Origin: a virus
DNA length: 64,000 nucleotides
Reading direction: 5' to 3' (one strand)
Virus record (IMG/VR): IMGVR_UViG_3300034082_001419
Coordinates: 32,001-96,000 of that record
Each line of letters begins with the position of its first letter. Within the stretch, counting starts at the first letter, position 1. Below the pieces are notes generated by a model, which saw only the letters and a program-made list of their open reading frames with translations, was not told the origin of the DNA and did not search any database. Shown piece after piece: positions 49,804 through 59,914 of this stretch. Position numbers and translations under genes: made by a program.

Positions 49804-50586
49804 TTATAATTGTGAGAATACTCCTAATTTCATTAAATCAAATTGACCTGTGTTAGTTACTGAAGTTACTGACATACATCTACTTGCAAAAAAGTTTAAA
49901 CCTTGTGTTGTAGATGGTTTATTTAATGTAGTAACTACACCCTCTGCAATTGCTCCTGTTTCTTTATTTACAACTCTATAATTTACATTTGTTGACATAG
50001 GTTCATTATATAATGTTATACTATATACAGTTGTTGAAATTGCTCCAGCCGTTCTATTTGCGGGAAAATCACTACCCAAATCAACCTTAGTTGCTACACC
50101 ATAAGAACCTAAAGCGTCTTGACTAAATACTTGTAAATTTGCATCTCCAACCTCACTACCAACACCTATTATATTATTCAAGGTGCTTACTAAAATATTT
50201 GATGCAGTACCATAAGCTAAATCCCCAGTTTGTCCAGCTAACCCATAAAATTGTTGACACCCAGCAGAAAATGCAGTATCTGAAATATTGAAATCACATA
50301 CAAATTTGAATCCTCCATGAATGTACCATAGTAATGCAGAACCACGTGTTCCTGTGTACCTTCCACCAGATACAGTTGACGCATAATATCTAAGTCTTAT
50401 TTGTTTTGTTGCAAAATTAGTAGATGCAACAGATTGTGCTAATGTAGAAGCACTTGAAGACATAACAATACCACCGTCTGCCACAACAGTTGTACTATTA
50501 TTATTAATTGTTATACCTCTATATACTTCTGAAGGTTTTAAATACATTATATCTAAAACGTCTTCACTCCAATATGTACCTGCCAT
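49804..50586 (-). CDS. Beta-sandwich fibre-tip-like protein, 260 aa
   Basis: S/T/G/N-rich beta composition in fibre array. Confidence 0.5.
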   Translation of the reverse strand: MAGTYWSEDVLDIMYLKPSEVYRGITINNNSTTVVADGGIVMSSSASTLAQSVASTNFATKQIRLRYYASTVSGGRYTGTRGSALLWYIHGGFKFVCDFNISDTAFSAGCQQFYGLAGQTGDLAYGTASNILVSTLNNIIGVGSEVGDANLQVFSQDALGSYGVATKVDLGSDFPANRTAGAISTTVYSITLYNEPMSTNVNYRVVNKETGAIAEGVVTTLNKPSTTQGLNFFASRCMSVTSVTNTGQFDLMKLGVFSQL

Positions 50587-50596
50587 CTTATTATTA

Positions 50597-50941
50597 TTAC
50601 AAAATTATTTCAATATCATTAACTGTAATCCCAAATGTACCAGCCATTTGTATTCTAAATCCTAAATAGTAAAGATAAGTTGTTGAATCAGTATATGATA
50701 AACCTGTTGGAACTTGATCCTTTACCGCTTCATATAAAGCATTTGTTTCTTCAGCCGTTACTGGATACATATTGTTAGCGATAACTTGACCGCTTTCACT
50801 TGCGTACTCAAACATATACTGAGAATTAAATCCAAATCTTAATCCTTGTTGACATCCTTGTAAAATTCCCGTTACTAGTCCACTTTCTTGTCCCGTAATT
50901 CCGTTGTTATAAGTTACTGGTACTAATGTTTTAATTTTCAT
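50597..50941 (-). CDS. Small protein (fibre partner candidate), 114 aa
   Basis: Follows 538-aa fibre gene. Confidence 0.5.
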   Translation of the reverse strand: MKIKTLVPVTYNNGITGQESGLVTGILQGCQQGLRFGFNSQYMFEYASESGQVIANNMYPVTAEETNALYEAVKDQVPTGLSYTDSTTYLYYLGFRIQMAGTFGITVNDIEIIL

Positions 50942-50959
50942 ATTTATTTTTTTTTAAAA

Positions 50960-52576
50960 TTATGCTAAAATTACTTCTGTGCTATCTATTCTACAACTCC
51001 ATTTGATAGTTGTTGTTAATTTAGCTCCTGATTTAACTGATAAACCACCTAATGTTGTATTAGCTGTTAGTGTTGGTATAGTGCCTAATGTAATTGTATC
51101 TAAAACTAAATTCATGTTACTTAATGGTAAAATTGTACTCGATGCTGTTGTACCCCTTACTACTACACAATCAAAGTCATAACAAGTTACATTTGTAGAT
51201 GCTGTTTGTTTTCCTATTATAGAACCTCTAACTCTTATGGCTTCATTATTTTGCAATGTTAAACAAATAGCTGTACCACCTTGCGTGGATAGTTCAACAG
51301 CTGTATTAGTTGTACTTGTTTTTCCAGTAGATGAAATTGAGCATTGAGTTTCCCCCTTAAGATAGGGGCCCGCAGTATCTTGAGAAGCGACTGATATTCT
51401 TGAAGCAACTCCTTTTGTCGAACATTGATAACCAGTAGCTAAACTTCCAGTAGCATCAGCAGTATTGAAAACACCAAAGGCTACTGAACCTAATGCAGTA
51501 GCTGAAGTTAACTCACCAATTGACCCTCCAAATGCAAATGAACAAGTCCCTGAAGCTGTTGCATTTCCACCTCCAGCTAATGAATTTAGTCCTGAAGCAG
51601 ACCCACCGTTTAAAGCTATTGCATTTGTGTTACTAGCAGAGCCTTTATTAAGCACAAATGAGTCTGTACCAGAACTAGCATATCCACTTCCTGTTCCAAT
51701 TGAAATTGAACCACTATTAGTTGCTGAAAGAACTCTACCAATTGCTATTGAATTAGAACCTTTAGCTTCAACTTGTGTTCCAATTGCAACTGAATTAACA
51801 CCTTGAGCTCCAGCATAGTAATTCATAGAGCCACTCATTAATTCAATAGCTCCTGTTCCTCTTTTACCACCATTTGTTATACTACCATCAGGTATATGCC
51901 CAACAATAAAAGCTCCAGTACCCTTTGGTAATATTGCAAAATCACCATTAGTTGTTCCTGTTACCGCTGTTAAACTATCAACAGGTACGGTTGCGTTCGG
52001 TGATGTTGTGTTTTGCGCTTCAGTGAAGTACGTTAAACCACCTGATGCTGTAGTCCATTGCGTTGTTCCAGAGCCTAAATAACCCAAAACTTGACCTGTT
52101 GTTGGTGCAACTGTTGGTAAGGTATAAGCATTATTAATTACTACATTCCCATCAACATTAATACCAAATTTTTCAGTAGTAGTGTTGGTATCTACAATTT
52201 TAAATATTCTTGAAGTGGGAAATGGGGTAAGGCTTCCACTATTTACATTTATATTGAAACCTGTTGTGTCACCTAAAACTGGATCTACATTGTGTATTTC
52301 TCTCCTTACATTATCAAAAGTTAAAATTTTTGAGTCACCGCTAACTGTTCTGTCTGCTGTTAAAGTGCCATTTGCATTATAAATATTTACACCTGAACCA
52401 CCAGCTCCAAATATTTCAATTATAGCTCCTGTTGAGTCTTTATAATGAACTAATTTATCTGTTAAATCAAAGAAATATGTACTATTTGATACAGAAGCCC
52501 AATCTGATGAACTTGCTGTAGTTACTGTATATTTAGTACCTACTACGGGATTACCCGAAACTGTTACTACCGCCAT
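50960..52576 (-). CDS. Tail fibre with YadA-head-like repeats, 538 aa
   Basis: A.G.NSVAIG / NSIAIG / SISIG beta-roll repeats. Confidence 0.7.
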   Translation of the reverse strand: MAVVTVSGNPVVGTKYTVTTASSSDWASVSNSTYFFDLTDKLVHYKDSTGAIIEIFGAGGSGVNIYNANGTLTADRTVSGDSKILTFDNVRREIHNVDPVLGDTTGFNINVNSGSLTPFPTSRIFKIVDTNTTTEKFGINVDGNVVINNAYTLPTVAPTTGQVLGYLGSGTTQWTTASGGLTYFTEAQNTTSPNATVPVDSLTAVTGTTNGDFAILPKGTGAFIVGHIPDGSITNGGKRGTGAIELMSGSMNYYAGAQGVNSVAIGTQVEAKGSNSIAIGRVLSATNSGSISIGTGSGYASSGTDSFVLNKGSASNTNAIALNGGSASGLNSLAGGGNATASGTCSFAFGGSIGELTSATALGSVAFGVFNTADATGSLATGYQCSTKGVASRISVASQDTAGPYLKGETQCSISSTGKTSTTNTAVELSTQGGTAICLTLQNNEAIRVRGSIIGKQTASTNVTCYDFDCVVVRGTTASSTILPLSNMNLVLDTITLGTIPTLTANTTLGGLSVKSGAKLTTTIKWSCRIDSTEVILA

Positions 52577-52588
52577 AATTATTTATAT

Positions 52589-52762
52589 TTACTTAGATTC
52601 AATCATATTTACACAAGCTACCAATTGAGCTTGTTCCTCTACTGTAAAGTCTTCCCAAACTAAGACTTTCACGTTATTACCGTTTAAATCTTGGGTGATT
52701 ATTCTCATGTTTTCAGTCATCTTTAACTGAGCTATTATCTGTCCTATTTCTACTGTTTCCAT
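52589..52762 (-). CDS. Small acidic protein, 57 aa (below ORF-track cutoff)
   Basis: METVEIGQIIAQLKMTENMRIITQDLNGNNVKVLVWEDFTVEEQAQLVACVNMIESK. Confidence 0.7.
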   Translation of the reverse strand: METVEIGQIIAQLKMTENMRIITQDLNGNNVKVLVWEDFTVEEQAQLVACVNMIESK

Positions 52763-52782
52763 ATTTTTATTTATTAATTATT

Positions 52783-54069
52783 TTATTGTAAAATTACATT
52801 TCCTTGTGCATCTGCTGTATTTGTTTGACCGTTTGTTACATTTACATTTTTAAAGTTTGTTGAGCCTTTTATTGAATTATTAGCTAAATACATTGTTAAA
52901 GCACCACTACTAAAAAAAGCTGTCGCTGAAGCGTTAGCTAATTGAATAACTGAATTATTAACATAACAAGCTGACCCAGTAAAACCATAACCTCCAGCAT
53001 TATTGTAATTACAAATAACATTACAATTATTGACAATAGTACTACTCCCAGCGGAATCAAAAACAGCTGAAGCATTTGCTGTTATTGTACAATTATTAAA
53101 AAGTCCACCGCCTAAATAAGTGTTGATAGCTGTTGTTGAAGCAATCAATGTACAATTATTAAATTTTCCATTTCCCGCTACATTATTGGCTGAAGATTTT
53201 ATCCAACAATTATTAAATGTTATTCCATTACCATTTACAGCTCTCGAAGTAACTGATACAATTGTACAATTATTTACCTCCATTGCACCTGTAGATACAA
53301 CAGCACTTCCACCGTTAGAATATATATAACAATTATTAACTGTTCCACAATCATTTACAGGAACATTTCCAGCTGCACTTGTTTTAATTATTGAATTTGA
53401 TAATGTCCCAGTAGTAATAGAACCACCAAGTGATTCAACATAGACATTGTCAATAACAGCATTAGGAGAGAAAAAATTAACTGACGATATAGGGTTATAG
53501 CCATTACCAGTAAATCCATAAATTTTTGCAACACTTCTTCCTAATACACCATAAGATGTTGCATTATTACTGTTAAATGTAGCATTACCACCTATGATAG
53601 AACCGTTAGCATTAATGTATAAACCACTAAAACTAGCAGTAGCTTGATTAACAACTATATTGTTTATTTGACAAATAGTAGGTGAAGAAGTTGCTACAAA
53701 ACCGTCAACTACTGAAAATGACACAGAATGTCCGTTACCATTGATATTAACACCATTTTTTAGAGTGTAACTAACAGCACTTTCAGTAATATCAGCAAAT
53801 AATTCAATAACTTGACCACTTGTTGCTGCGGCAACCGCCAAAGCCCACGTTGCATAATATGTATAAACCCCACTAGAATTAGATATTCCCCATATACCAC
53901 CCGATGCAACAACACCATAGGCAACTTGTTGCCAACTTGTAGTGTATTGGTAAGTGTTTCCATTTGAAGTATCTGTATATCTGTCACCAGCAACCGCTGA
54001 ATGTGTAGGCGCACCTGTTCCAGTTGTTATCTGTAAAGATTGGTCTGTTTTTATATATGTTACTCCCAT
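52783..54069 (-). CDS. Beta-helix tail spike-like protein, 428 aa
   Basis: Repeated (V/F)NNC.I.S ladder typical of right-handed parallel beta-helices. Confidence 0.7.
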   Translation of the reverse strand: MGVTYIKTDQSLQITTGTGAPTHSAVAGDRYTDTSNGNTYQYTTSWQQVAYGVVASGGIWGISNSSGVYTYYATWALAVAAATSGQVIELFADITESAVSYTLKNGVNINGNGHSVSFSVVDGFVATSSPTICQINNIVVNQATASFSGLYINANGSIIGGNATFNSNNATSYGVLGRSVAKIYGFTGNGYNPISSVNFFSPNAVIDNVYVESLGGSITTGTLSNSIIKTSAAGNVPVNDCGTVNNCYIYSNGGSAVVSTGAMEVNNCTIVSVTSRAVNGNGITFNNCWIKSSANNVAGNGKFNNCTLIASTTAINTYLGGGLFNNCTITANASAVFDSAGSSTIVNNCNVICNYNNAGGYGFTGSACYVNNSVIQLANASATAFFSSGALTMYLANNSIKGSTNFKNVNVTNGQTNTADAQGNVILQ

Positions 54070-54071
54070 TT

Positions 54072-54395
54072 TTAATTATTTAATAGTTCTAAACATATAG
54101 CCAATACTTTATCAACTATTAATTTGTCATTTTCATCTAATTCATCTACTAGAATACACTTTGTTTCTCCCTCTAAAGGTTGAGCATCTAGTCTATTTAA
54201 ATCAGTTGTGTAAACTGAATAATCCAAAGTATCAACTTGAGTTAATAGAAAATCCCTCAAATCTAAAAATGCTTGTTTTTGAGTTTCATTTAGATCATTA
54301 ACAAATCTAATATCTGTTTGCTCACTCTCATCAGATGGCACTATCATTAGTGCCGTATCTGATTGCCTATATACTATTTGTTTGTATGTTTTCAT
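54072..54395 (-). CDS. Small acidic protein (fibre partner candidate), 107 aa
   Basis: Follows 1049-aa fibre gene; two internal repeats ending V.(D/E)L.E..K. Confidence 0.55.
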   Translation of the reverse strand: MKTYKQIVYRQSDTALMIVPSDESEQTDIRFVNDLNETQKQAFLDLRDFLLTQVDTLDYSVYTTDLNRLDAQPLEGETKCILVDELDENDKLIVDKVLAICLELLNN

Positions 54396-54397
54396 AG

Positions 54398-57300
54398 TTA
54401 AAAATTATAATCTATACTTAATAATTCACTTCCTCCCCCTAAAACTGTTGGAATAAATCCGCCACCACCTGAAAATGTACCTATAGAACTGATATTAGTG
54501 GTAGATGTAAAGGTAGGTGTTACCCCTGTATTTGCAACGAAAACTAATTGATTTCCAGAAAATGATCCTACACATTGATATATTAATATAGACGCCTGTA
54601 TTTGAGTTACAATTTCAGAAGTTATTGTTGAAGTTGTTTTACCAGCACCAATAACAGAAATAGTTACTGTATTTGTACCGTCAAATATAGTTACAGATGT
54701 ATCTATATTCGCACTGGTTACTACCATTCTATTCATTATACCTGTGCCACTTGTGGAGTTTGCATTTATTTTTCCATTAGACATTGCATACCCTAATGTT
54801 ATATTTTTAGAGGGTGTTGTATTTACAGGATATGTGACAAAAAGATTTGTAGGAGAATAAAGCCTACCATTATTTACAAAAACTCCCAAAGATTTACTTA
54901 TCAATGGTGCAAATTCATTAATTCCTTTATTGTAGTAAATAGTTCCGTTATTTATTAATGTACCATTATTGTTTACAATTAGTGATGCACCAACTGCCGT
55001 TAAATTTCCTGTTGTAATATAACCATTATTTGTAAATTTTCCTGCCCCAGTATAAGTTAAGCCACCTAAAAGAATGATACCACTATTAATAAATTCACCG
55101 CCAGCTATTACTACAGTCATAAGTCTTGTTCCATGTGGCCCAGCTTGATTTCCATTATATTTAATAGACCCAGAATTTACGGTAACAGTGCCATTAATAC
55201 TTCCGTTTATATTATTTCCAAGACTATTTGACAATCCACTAACAACCACATTCCCAATAATAGCCCCATTAACAATTGATGGAGAACTACTTAACGTAAC
55301 AGTATTTACTGTTAATGAACCATAAATATTTACTGATCTAACACCATCTCCAGAGTCTATTATTGCAGTTGTTCCTGTAATATTTGCGTATATATTTACA
55401 GGCCCAATTAGATTATAACTACCCAAAATAGTACCATTAATATTTCCTGATGCACCGCCTGTTATAGCCAACACACTAGAAGGTGTTACAATTTTTGTTG
55501 TTACGTCCGAATATCCTGCGTTATATCTTAATCCCCCTAATAATCCATAAGCATTTCCATTCCAAGTGAAATTATTAGTTACATTTATGTATGATATAGA
55601 ACCAAATCGACAATCAAACATATCACATACTATAGATAAATTTGTAAATGATAAGGTAAATGAACCAGTTCCCAAATTAACGGTAGTACAAATAGAATAA
55701 TAATTGCCTAAATCCATAAAACCATCAATACCAGAAAAAGCATTTGGATTTATTAAAACACTATTTGCGTGTGTGCCATAGGTATTGCCTAAATTTAAAT
55801 AAAATGGAATTAATATATTACTTGTAAAAGTGAATAAGGATTGGTTACCGTATGATATTGTACCACCTAATTTTTTACTGTTAATATAAAAACCATGTTT
55901 GTAATAATTTCCAGTTGCAACAAAACTACCGCTTAATACAACTTCATAAACAGTCCACCAAGTAGCCGTAATAGTAGCACTTGCCGTACACGCTTTACTT
56001 AATACAATTGTATTAGAAGTTTTACTAACTACAATTGAACCATAGGGTATTCCAGCACCTGTAATATATTGACCTACTTTAATATTTGTAGTATCTGAAA
56101 CAGCCGTTAATGTTGCACTTGTACTCGTTGTTGTTGCTGTTACCGTTCCTGTATTAGTTATATTTCCTAAGGCATATTCTGGCGTTAAATAAGGAGTGTT
56201 TATATCACCTCTACCTGTTGTTGCATTAATTCCGTTAACAGAATCTATATATATTGTATTTGCTTGTGGAATTGCTGACCCTCCATCTACCCAACTAACA
56301 ACCCCAGCACCATTTGTTTTTAAAATTTGATTTGCTGTACCATCAACTATTGGAAATGTATATGCATTATTTATTGTAAGACCACTAGAAGAAATATTAA
56401 CTCCAAAAAGAGAAGAAATATTATCACTTATTTGTAATGTTATACTTGCTGGTGTTTGTTGAATATTAGTATTACCTGATGTATCACCAACATTTAACAT
56501 ATTTTGTGTTAATGTTTGTTCTATCAATGAAGAAGAACCAGTACCATTTGTTTGATAAAAACGTATAATATTTCCTGATCCGTTGAATCTTAAATTATTA
56601 GTTCCAAGTGATACTATTCTGTTTGCTGTTAAAGTACCGTCTGTATTGTAAATATTTACAGAAGAAGGTGTAGGTATATTTAATGTATTTGATATTAATG
56701 TTGCTGCACCTGATGTTCCTATAGTAGTAAGAGTAATTGCATTTTGTTTTGCATTAAATATTGCAAAGTCAGAAGAAGATAAATAACCATTTGTTGATCC
56801 TGATGCTTGAGTAATACTTATTGCTGGAGTTGTTCCTCCAGATGATTGTATTGGTGCGGTACCAGTAACATTAGTTACAGCATTATTAGGAACTACTTGA
56901 TTTAATGTTGTTAACCCAACTGAATAATGTTGAGATCCCTCTGTTCTAAATGTAGCTGTTTGAGATACACCTGTAATATTCTCCATTGAGATTTTTACTA
57001 CTATTCTATCTGATGTAAGTACTGTAGATGCAGGGATTACAGCATCACAAATATACATTGTAGTTACTGTTGGCATATTAGTTACAACAACTGGATCTAA
57101 TGTAAGTAGTAATGTTTCAATACCACCTAAATCTCTTTTATATACCGTAGGCCTAATTATCCAATTCTGACCTGTTGTTCCTGCATTAAAGTGTAAAAAG
57201 AATTGCCATAAACCTGTTGGAATTTGAGTTGTATTTGGAACTCCAATGGGTGTTTGAAATTCAGCAACTATTGTTGTAGCTCCACCGGCTATTGTAAAAG

Positions 57301-57547
57301 GAACAGTTTGTTCTGCTATACTTGTTGCAACTGATGAAAATTCTTTATAAGGTGTCTGTGTTACAGACTGATTTAAATAATATGTTGTAGTACCAGATCC
57401 ACCAGGAATAGTAATAGTTGTATTACCGCCTGCATCTGATGATGAAACACCAGCACCTACAAAATCAATACTTAAAGCATCTGTAGTTATATTTACACCT
57501 TCTTCAAGTATTGCAAGTTTTTTCTTTATATTAATTTCTGTACTCAT
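54398..57547 (-). CDS. Large tail fibre/spike protein, 1049 aa
   Basis: T/G/S/N/I-rich; shares short modules with other fibre genes; beta-helix-like C-terminal half. Confidence 0.7.
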   Translation of the reverse strand: MSTEINIKKKLAILEEGVNITTDALSIDFVGAGVSSSDAGGNTTITIPGGSGTTTYYLNQSVTQTPYKEFSSVATSIAEQTVPFTIAGGATTIVAEFQTPIGVPNTTQIPTGLWQFFLHFNAGTTGQNWIIRPTVYKRDLGGIETLLLTLDPVVVTNMPTVTTMYICDAVIPASTVLTSDRIVVKISMENITGVSQTATFRTEGSQHYSVGLTTLNQVVPNNAVTNVTGTAPIQSSGGTTPAISITQASGSTNGYLSSSDFAIFNAKQNAITLTTIGTSGAATLISNTLNIPTPSSVNIYNTDGTLTANRIVSLGTNNLRFNGSGNIIRFYQTNGTGSSSLIEQTLTQNMLNVGDTSGNTNIQQTPASITLQISDNISSLFGVNISSSGLTINNAYTFPIVDGTANQILKTNGAGVVSWVDGGSAIPQANTIYIDSVNGINATTGRGDINTPYLTPEYALGNITNTGTVTATTTSTSATLTAVSDTTNIKVGQYITGAGIPYGSIVVSKTSNTIVLSKACTASATITATWWTVYEVVLSGSFVATGNYYKHGFYINSKKLGGTISYGNQSLFTFTSNILIPFYLNLGNTYGTHANSVLINPNAFSGIDGFMDLGNYYSICTTVNLGTGSFTLSFTNLSIVCDMFDCRFGSISYINVTNNFTWNGNAYGLLGGLRYNAGYSDVTTKIVTPSSVLAITGGASGNINGTILGSYNLIGPVNIYANITGTTAIIDSGDGVRSVNIYGSLTVNTVTLSSSPSIVNGAIIGNVVVSGLSNSLGNNINGSINGTVTVNSGSIKYNGNQAGPHGTRLMTVVIAGGEFINSGIILLGGLTYTGAGKFTNNGYITTGNLTAVGASLIVNNNGTLINNGTIYYNKGINEFAPLISKSLGVFVNNGRLYSPTNLFVTYPVNTTPSKNITLGYAMSNGKINANSTSGTGIMNRMVVTSANIDTSVTIFDGTNTVTISVIGAGKTTSTITSEIVTQIQASILIYQCVGSFSGNQLVFVANTGVTPTFTSTTNISSIGTFSGGGGFIPTVLGGGSELLSIDYNF

Positions 57548-57558
57548 TTTTTATCTTT

Positions 57559-58815
57559 TTAATAAATTTCTCTCCATTGCATTGCACAACCTACAGTAGT
57601 AGATGTAGTACCTAAATTTGTTACAGCAATCACATATATTTCTGAATTAGTGCTATCATAATTTTGAGCAATATAATTTTCTCTAGCATTTGAAGCATCA
57701 CTATCAGCACTAACAGAACCTCTATTGCCTACTGCTGCGGATACATAACCAGAAGCAAAAACTTTACCATCAGTATATGCATTAGCTCCAATATTATATT
57801 CAACACCTGAACCTGAATTTACAGATGTCCAAGAACCCCCTGTTAAAAAAGAATCATTAGGTAGTTTTATAACCTTGTAATACAATGGTTCTTTTACAGA
57901 ATAAAAACTAAACTCTCCTAACTTACAAGTTAGTCTGTTTAGATAACCTTGAAAAGTATTACTTAATCTTATTGCTAATAATGGAACTGTTGCTCCTGCA
58001 ACTACTGTTCTTAAGTTTGTATTAAGTGTTGAATAATCTTGACCTGTTTCTACATAACCACCTTCACTTATTACAGATGAACAGATTTGATCAAATGATC
58101 CACCTGTTGTTGTTCCAGTATTAAAAATCTCACATCTTACTGGAAGATTAGGAGATTGCATATAAGGTACAGTAATGGTATTTGATGTGTTAAATTCATT
58201 TGCAATTATATACTCACCATTTACTAAGAACCCACATCTTACTCTTCCTAATCCTAACCATGTAAAATCTGTAAAGAAAAATTGAGTTTTTGTAATATCA
58301 AGGTTATATCCTGAAGCCCCTGTTCCATCACACTTGTCTACATTCCAAGAAGACTGCACTATTCTTGTTCCAATAGCTATTCCACTTGTACTAGTTCTTA
58401 CATTAAATGATAATGTACCCTCACCATTTTGTTCAAAATATATACCATTAAGATCATCAAAGTATCCTGTTCTTTTAGTTACATTAGTAACAGCTGCTTT
58501 AAAACATATTGTAGAATAAATTAACTGACTTTTACCAGGCATATATGCATGATAAAGTTTAGTTTGATGAATAGCACTACTAGTGGGGTTAGACGTTGTT
58601 GATAATAAAGCAGAAGATTGGTTAGGAATAAAAGTTACTGTACCACCATTAGTTAATTTATCTAAGAAGTTTGTATTTAAACCATAAATATGTTTATAAT
58701 CTCCAAGTGTAAATGGTTCAGAAACCCTTTGTCTACCAAAGGCATCAGCCAACATTGGGTAACTAGTAAATATTGGTTCACTAGGTAAACCTGCTATAGT
58801 AACTTGAGTACTCAT
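57559..58815 (-). CDS. Phage structural protein, DAFGR.RVS type, 418 aa
   Basis: DAFGRQRVSEP...YMPGK...WLGLGRVRCGF...PNLPVR pattern. Confidence 0.6.
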   Translation of the reverse strand: MSTQVTIAGLPSEPIFTSYPMLADAFGRQRVSEPFTLGDYKHIYGLNTNFLDKLTNGGTVTFIPNQSSALLSTTSNPTSSAIHQTKLYHAYMPGKSQLIYSTICFKAAVTNVTKRTGYFDDLNGIYFEQNGEGTLSFNVRTSTSGIAIGTRIVQSSWNVDKCDGTGASGYNLDITKTQFFFTDFTWLGLGRVRCGFLVNGEYIIANEFNTSNTITVPYMQSPNLPVRCEIFNTGTTTGGSFDQICSSVISEGGYVETGQDYSTLNTNLRTVVAGATVPLLAIRLSNTFQGYLNRLTCKLGEFSFYSVKEPLYYKVIKLPNDSFLTGGSWTSVNSGSGVEYNIGANAYTDGKVFASGYVSAAVGNRGSVSADSDASNARENYIAQNYDSTNSEIYVIAVTNLGTTSTTVGCAMQWREIY

Positions 58816-58818
58816 TTA

Positions 58819-59424
58819 TTACGAGTTATATATAATAATTAATTCAGTGCCTGTACCGTTATATGTAAATGTTCCAGTTGTGTAATAGTTATTCAATGAT
58901 CCTGCATCAAAGTTTAATGTTTCTCCAGATTTAATTGTTGAACCTAATACAGTTCCATTACCTGTTCCTACATTAGCTACAGATACACTAAATGTTTCAA
59001 CTGCAATAGAACCTGAACCAGTTACTCTAATAAAGTTTGGAGTTCTCTGAATTGACGTTGTATTAGTAACAAGTGTAGCTAAATAACTATTTGGATTAAT
59101 ATATGTTATTGGTGCTACTGGTGTACCTGGTGTATTACTACCTGCTTGAAAATAAACTGGTGGATTAAATGTACCCGTATCTGGGTTATATATTCTAACC
59201 TCCAACCATGTAACTCCATTAGCATCTACAACTAAAGAAGCTTCATAATCAGCTCCAGCTTGTATAGCTGCAAGTATTTGGTTAAGTAATGAATCTACAT
59301 TACTTGTATTTGTGTTAATATCAGTAAGGTTATCACATGCACATTCTTGTCCCAATAGCATTTTTAATTGCCATGGCATGTTAGTCCCTTTACCACCGTA
59401 TGTTTTTAAATTTCCTACAGACAT
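58819..59424 (-). CDS. Hypothetical structural protein, about 201 aa
   Basis: Start moved to MSVGNLKT; longer ORF start overlaps terminator and promoter motif. Confidence 0.6.
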   Translation of the reverse strand: MSVGNLKTYGGKGTNMPWQLKMLLGQECACDNLTDINTNTSNVDSLLNQILAAIQAGADYEASLVVDANGVTWLEVRIYNPDTGTFNPPVYFQAGSNTPGTPVAPITYINPNSYLATLVTNTTSIQRTPNFIRVTGSGSIAVETFSVSVANVGTGNGTVLGSTIKSGETLNFDAGSLNNYYTTGTFTYNGTGTELIIIYNS

Positions 59425-59444
59425 AATAATTGATTTATATATTA

Positions 59445-59452
59445 TAATATAC
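59445..59452 (-). promoter_or_regulatory. Putative phage promoter element GTATATTA
   Basis: Copy of repeated octamer between terminator and ATG 59424. Confidence 0.55.
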
Positions 59453-59478
59453 AGAAAAGTTTCTATATAAGCAAATAT

Positions 59479-59506
59479 AAAAAAGAAAAGCCACATCTCT
59501 GTGGCT
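59479..59506 (-). terminator. Rho-independent terminator
   Basis: Stem AGCCACA/TGTGGCT, 4-nt loop, minus-strand U-rich tail. Confidence 0.75.
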
Positions 59507-59513
59507 CTTGCTT

Positions 59514-59660
59514 TTAATTTTCTTGAACTAGTTGTGGTTCTGTAAATAGAACTCCTAATGCTTGTGTTATCATAGCTGCATCTTGTAAACTAAATGCTCC
59601 TTTAAGGAATGCTTGATTTAAAGCTTGTTCAACTACTTGTTTTGCATCTTCTGTTTTCAT
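59514..59660 (-). CDS. Small protein, 48 aa
   Basis: MKTEDAKQVVEQALNQAF...; ATGA overlap with upstream gene supports this start. Confidence 0.6.
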   Translation of the reverse strand: MKTEDAKQVVEQALNQAFLKGAFSLQDAAMITQALGVLFTEPQLVQEN

Positions 59661-59875
59661 ATTGCTTGTAATTCTGTAATTTGTGTAACAGTAAGTCCAG
59701 CAACAAACCATTCTTTACCCATCATAATTCTGATGTGATCTTCATTACGTTTTACAGTTGCTGTTTCTTCTTCAGTTAAAGTTTCTTTAACTTTTAAATC
59801 TTTTAATAAGTTAACACTATCATATGCAGCTGATACTGATTTTGCTACTTGCTCTGCTGTTAATTCTAATTCCAT
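59657..59875 (-). CDS. Small acidic protein (fibre chaperone candidate), 72 aa
   Basis: ORF track; AYDSVNL...RNEDHIRIM. Confidence 0.6.
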   Translation of the reverse strand: MELELTAEQVAKSVSAAYDSVNLLKDLKVKETLTEEETATVKRNEDHIRIMMGKEWFVAGLTVTQITELQAI

Positions 59876-59914
59876 GATTTTTATTTTTTGTAAAGTTAAT
59901 ATATTTATTTTTTA

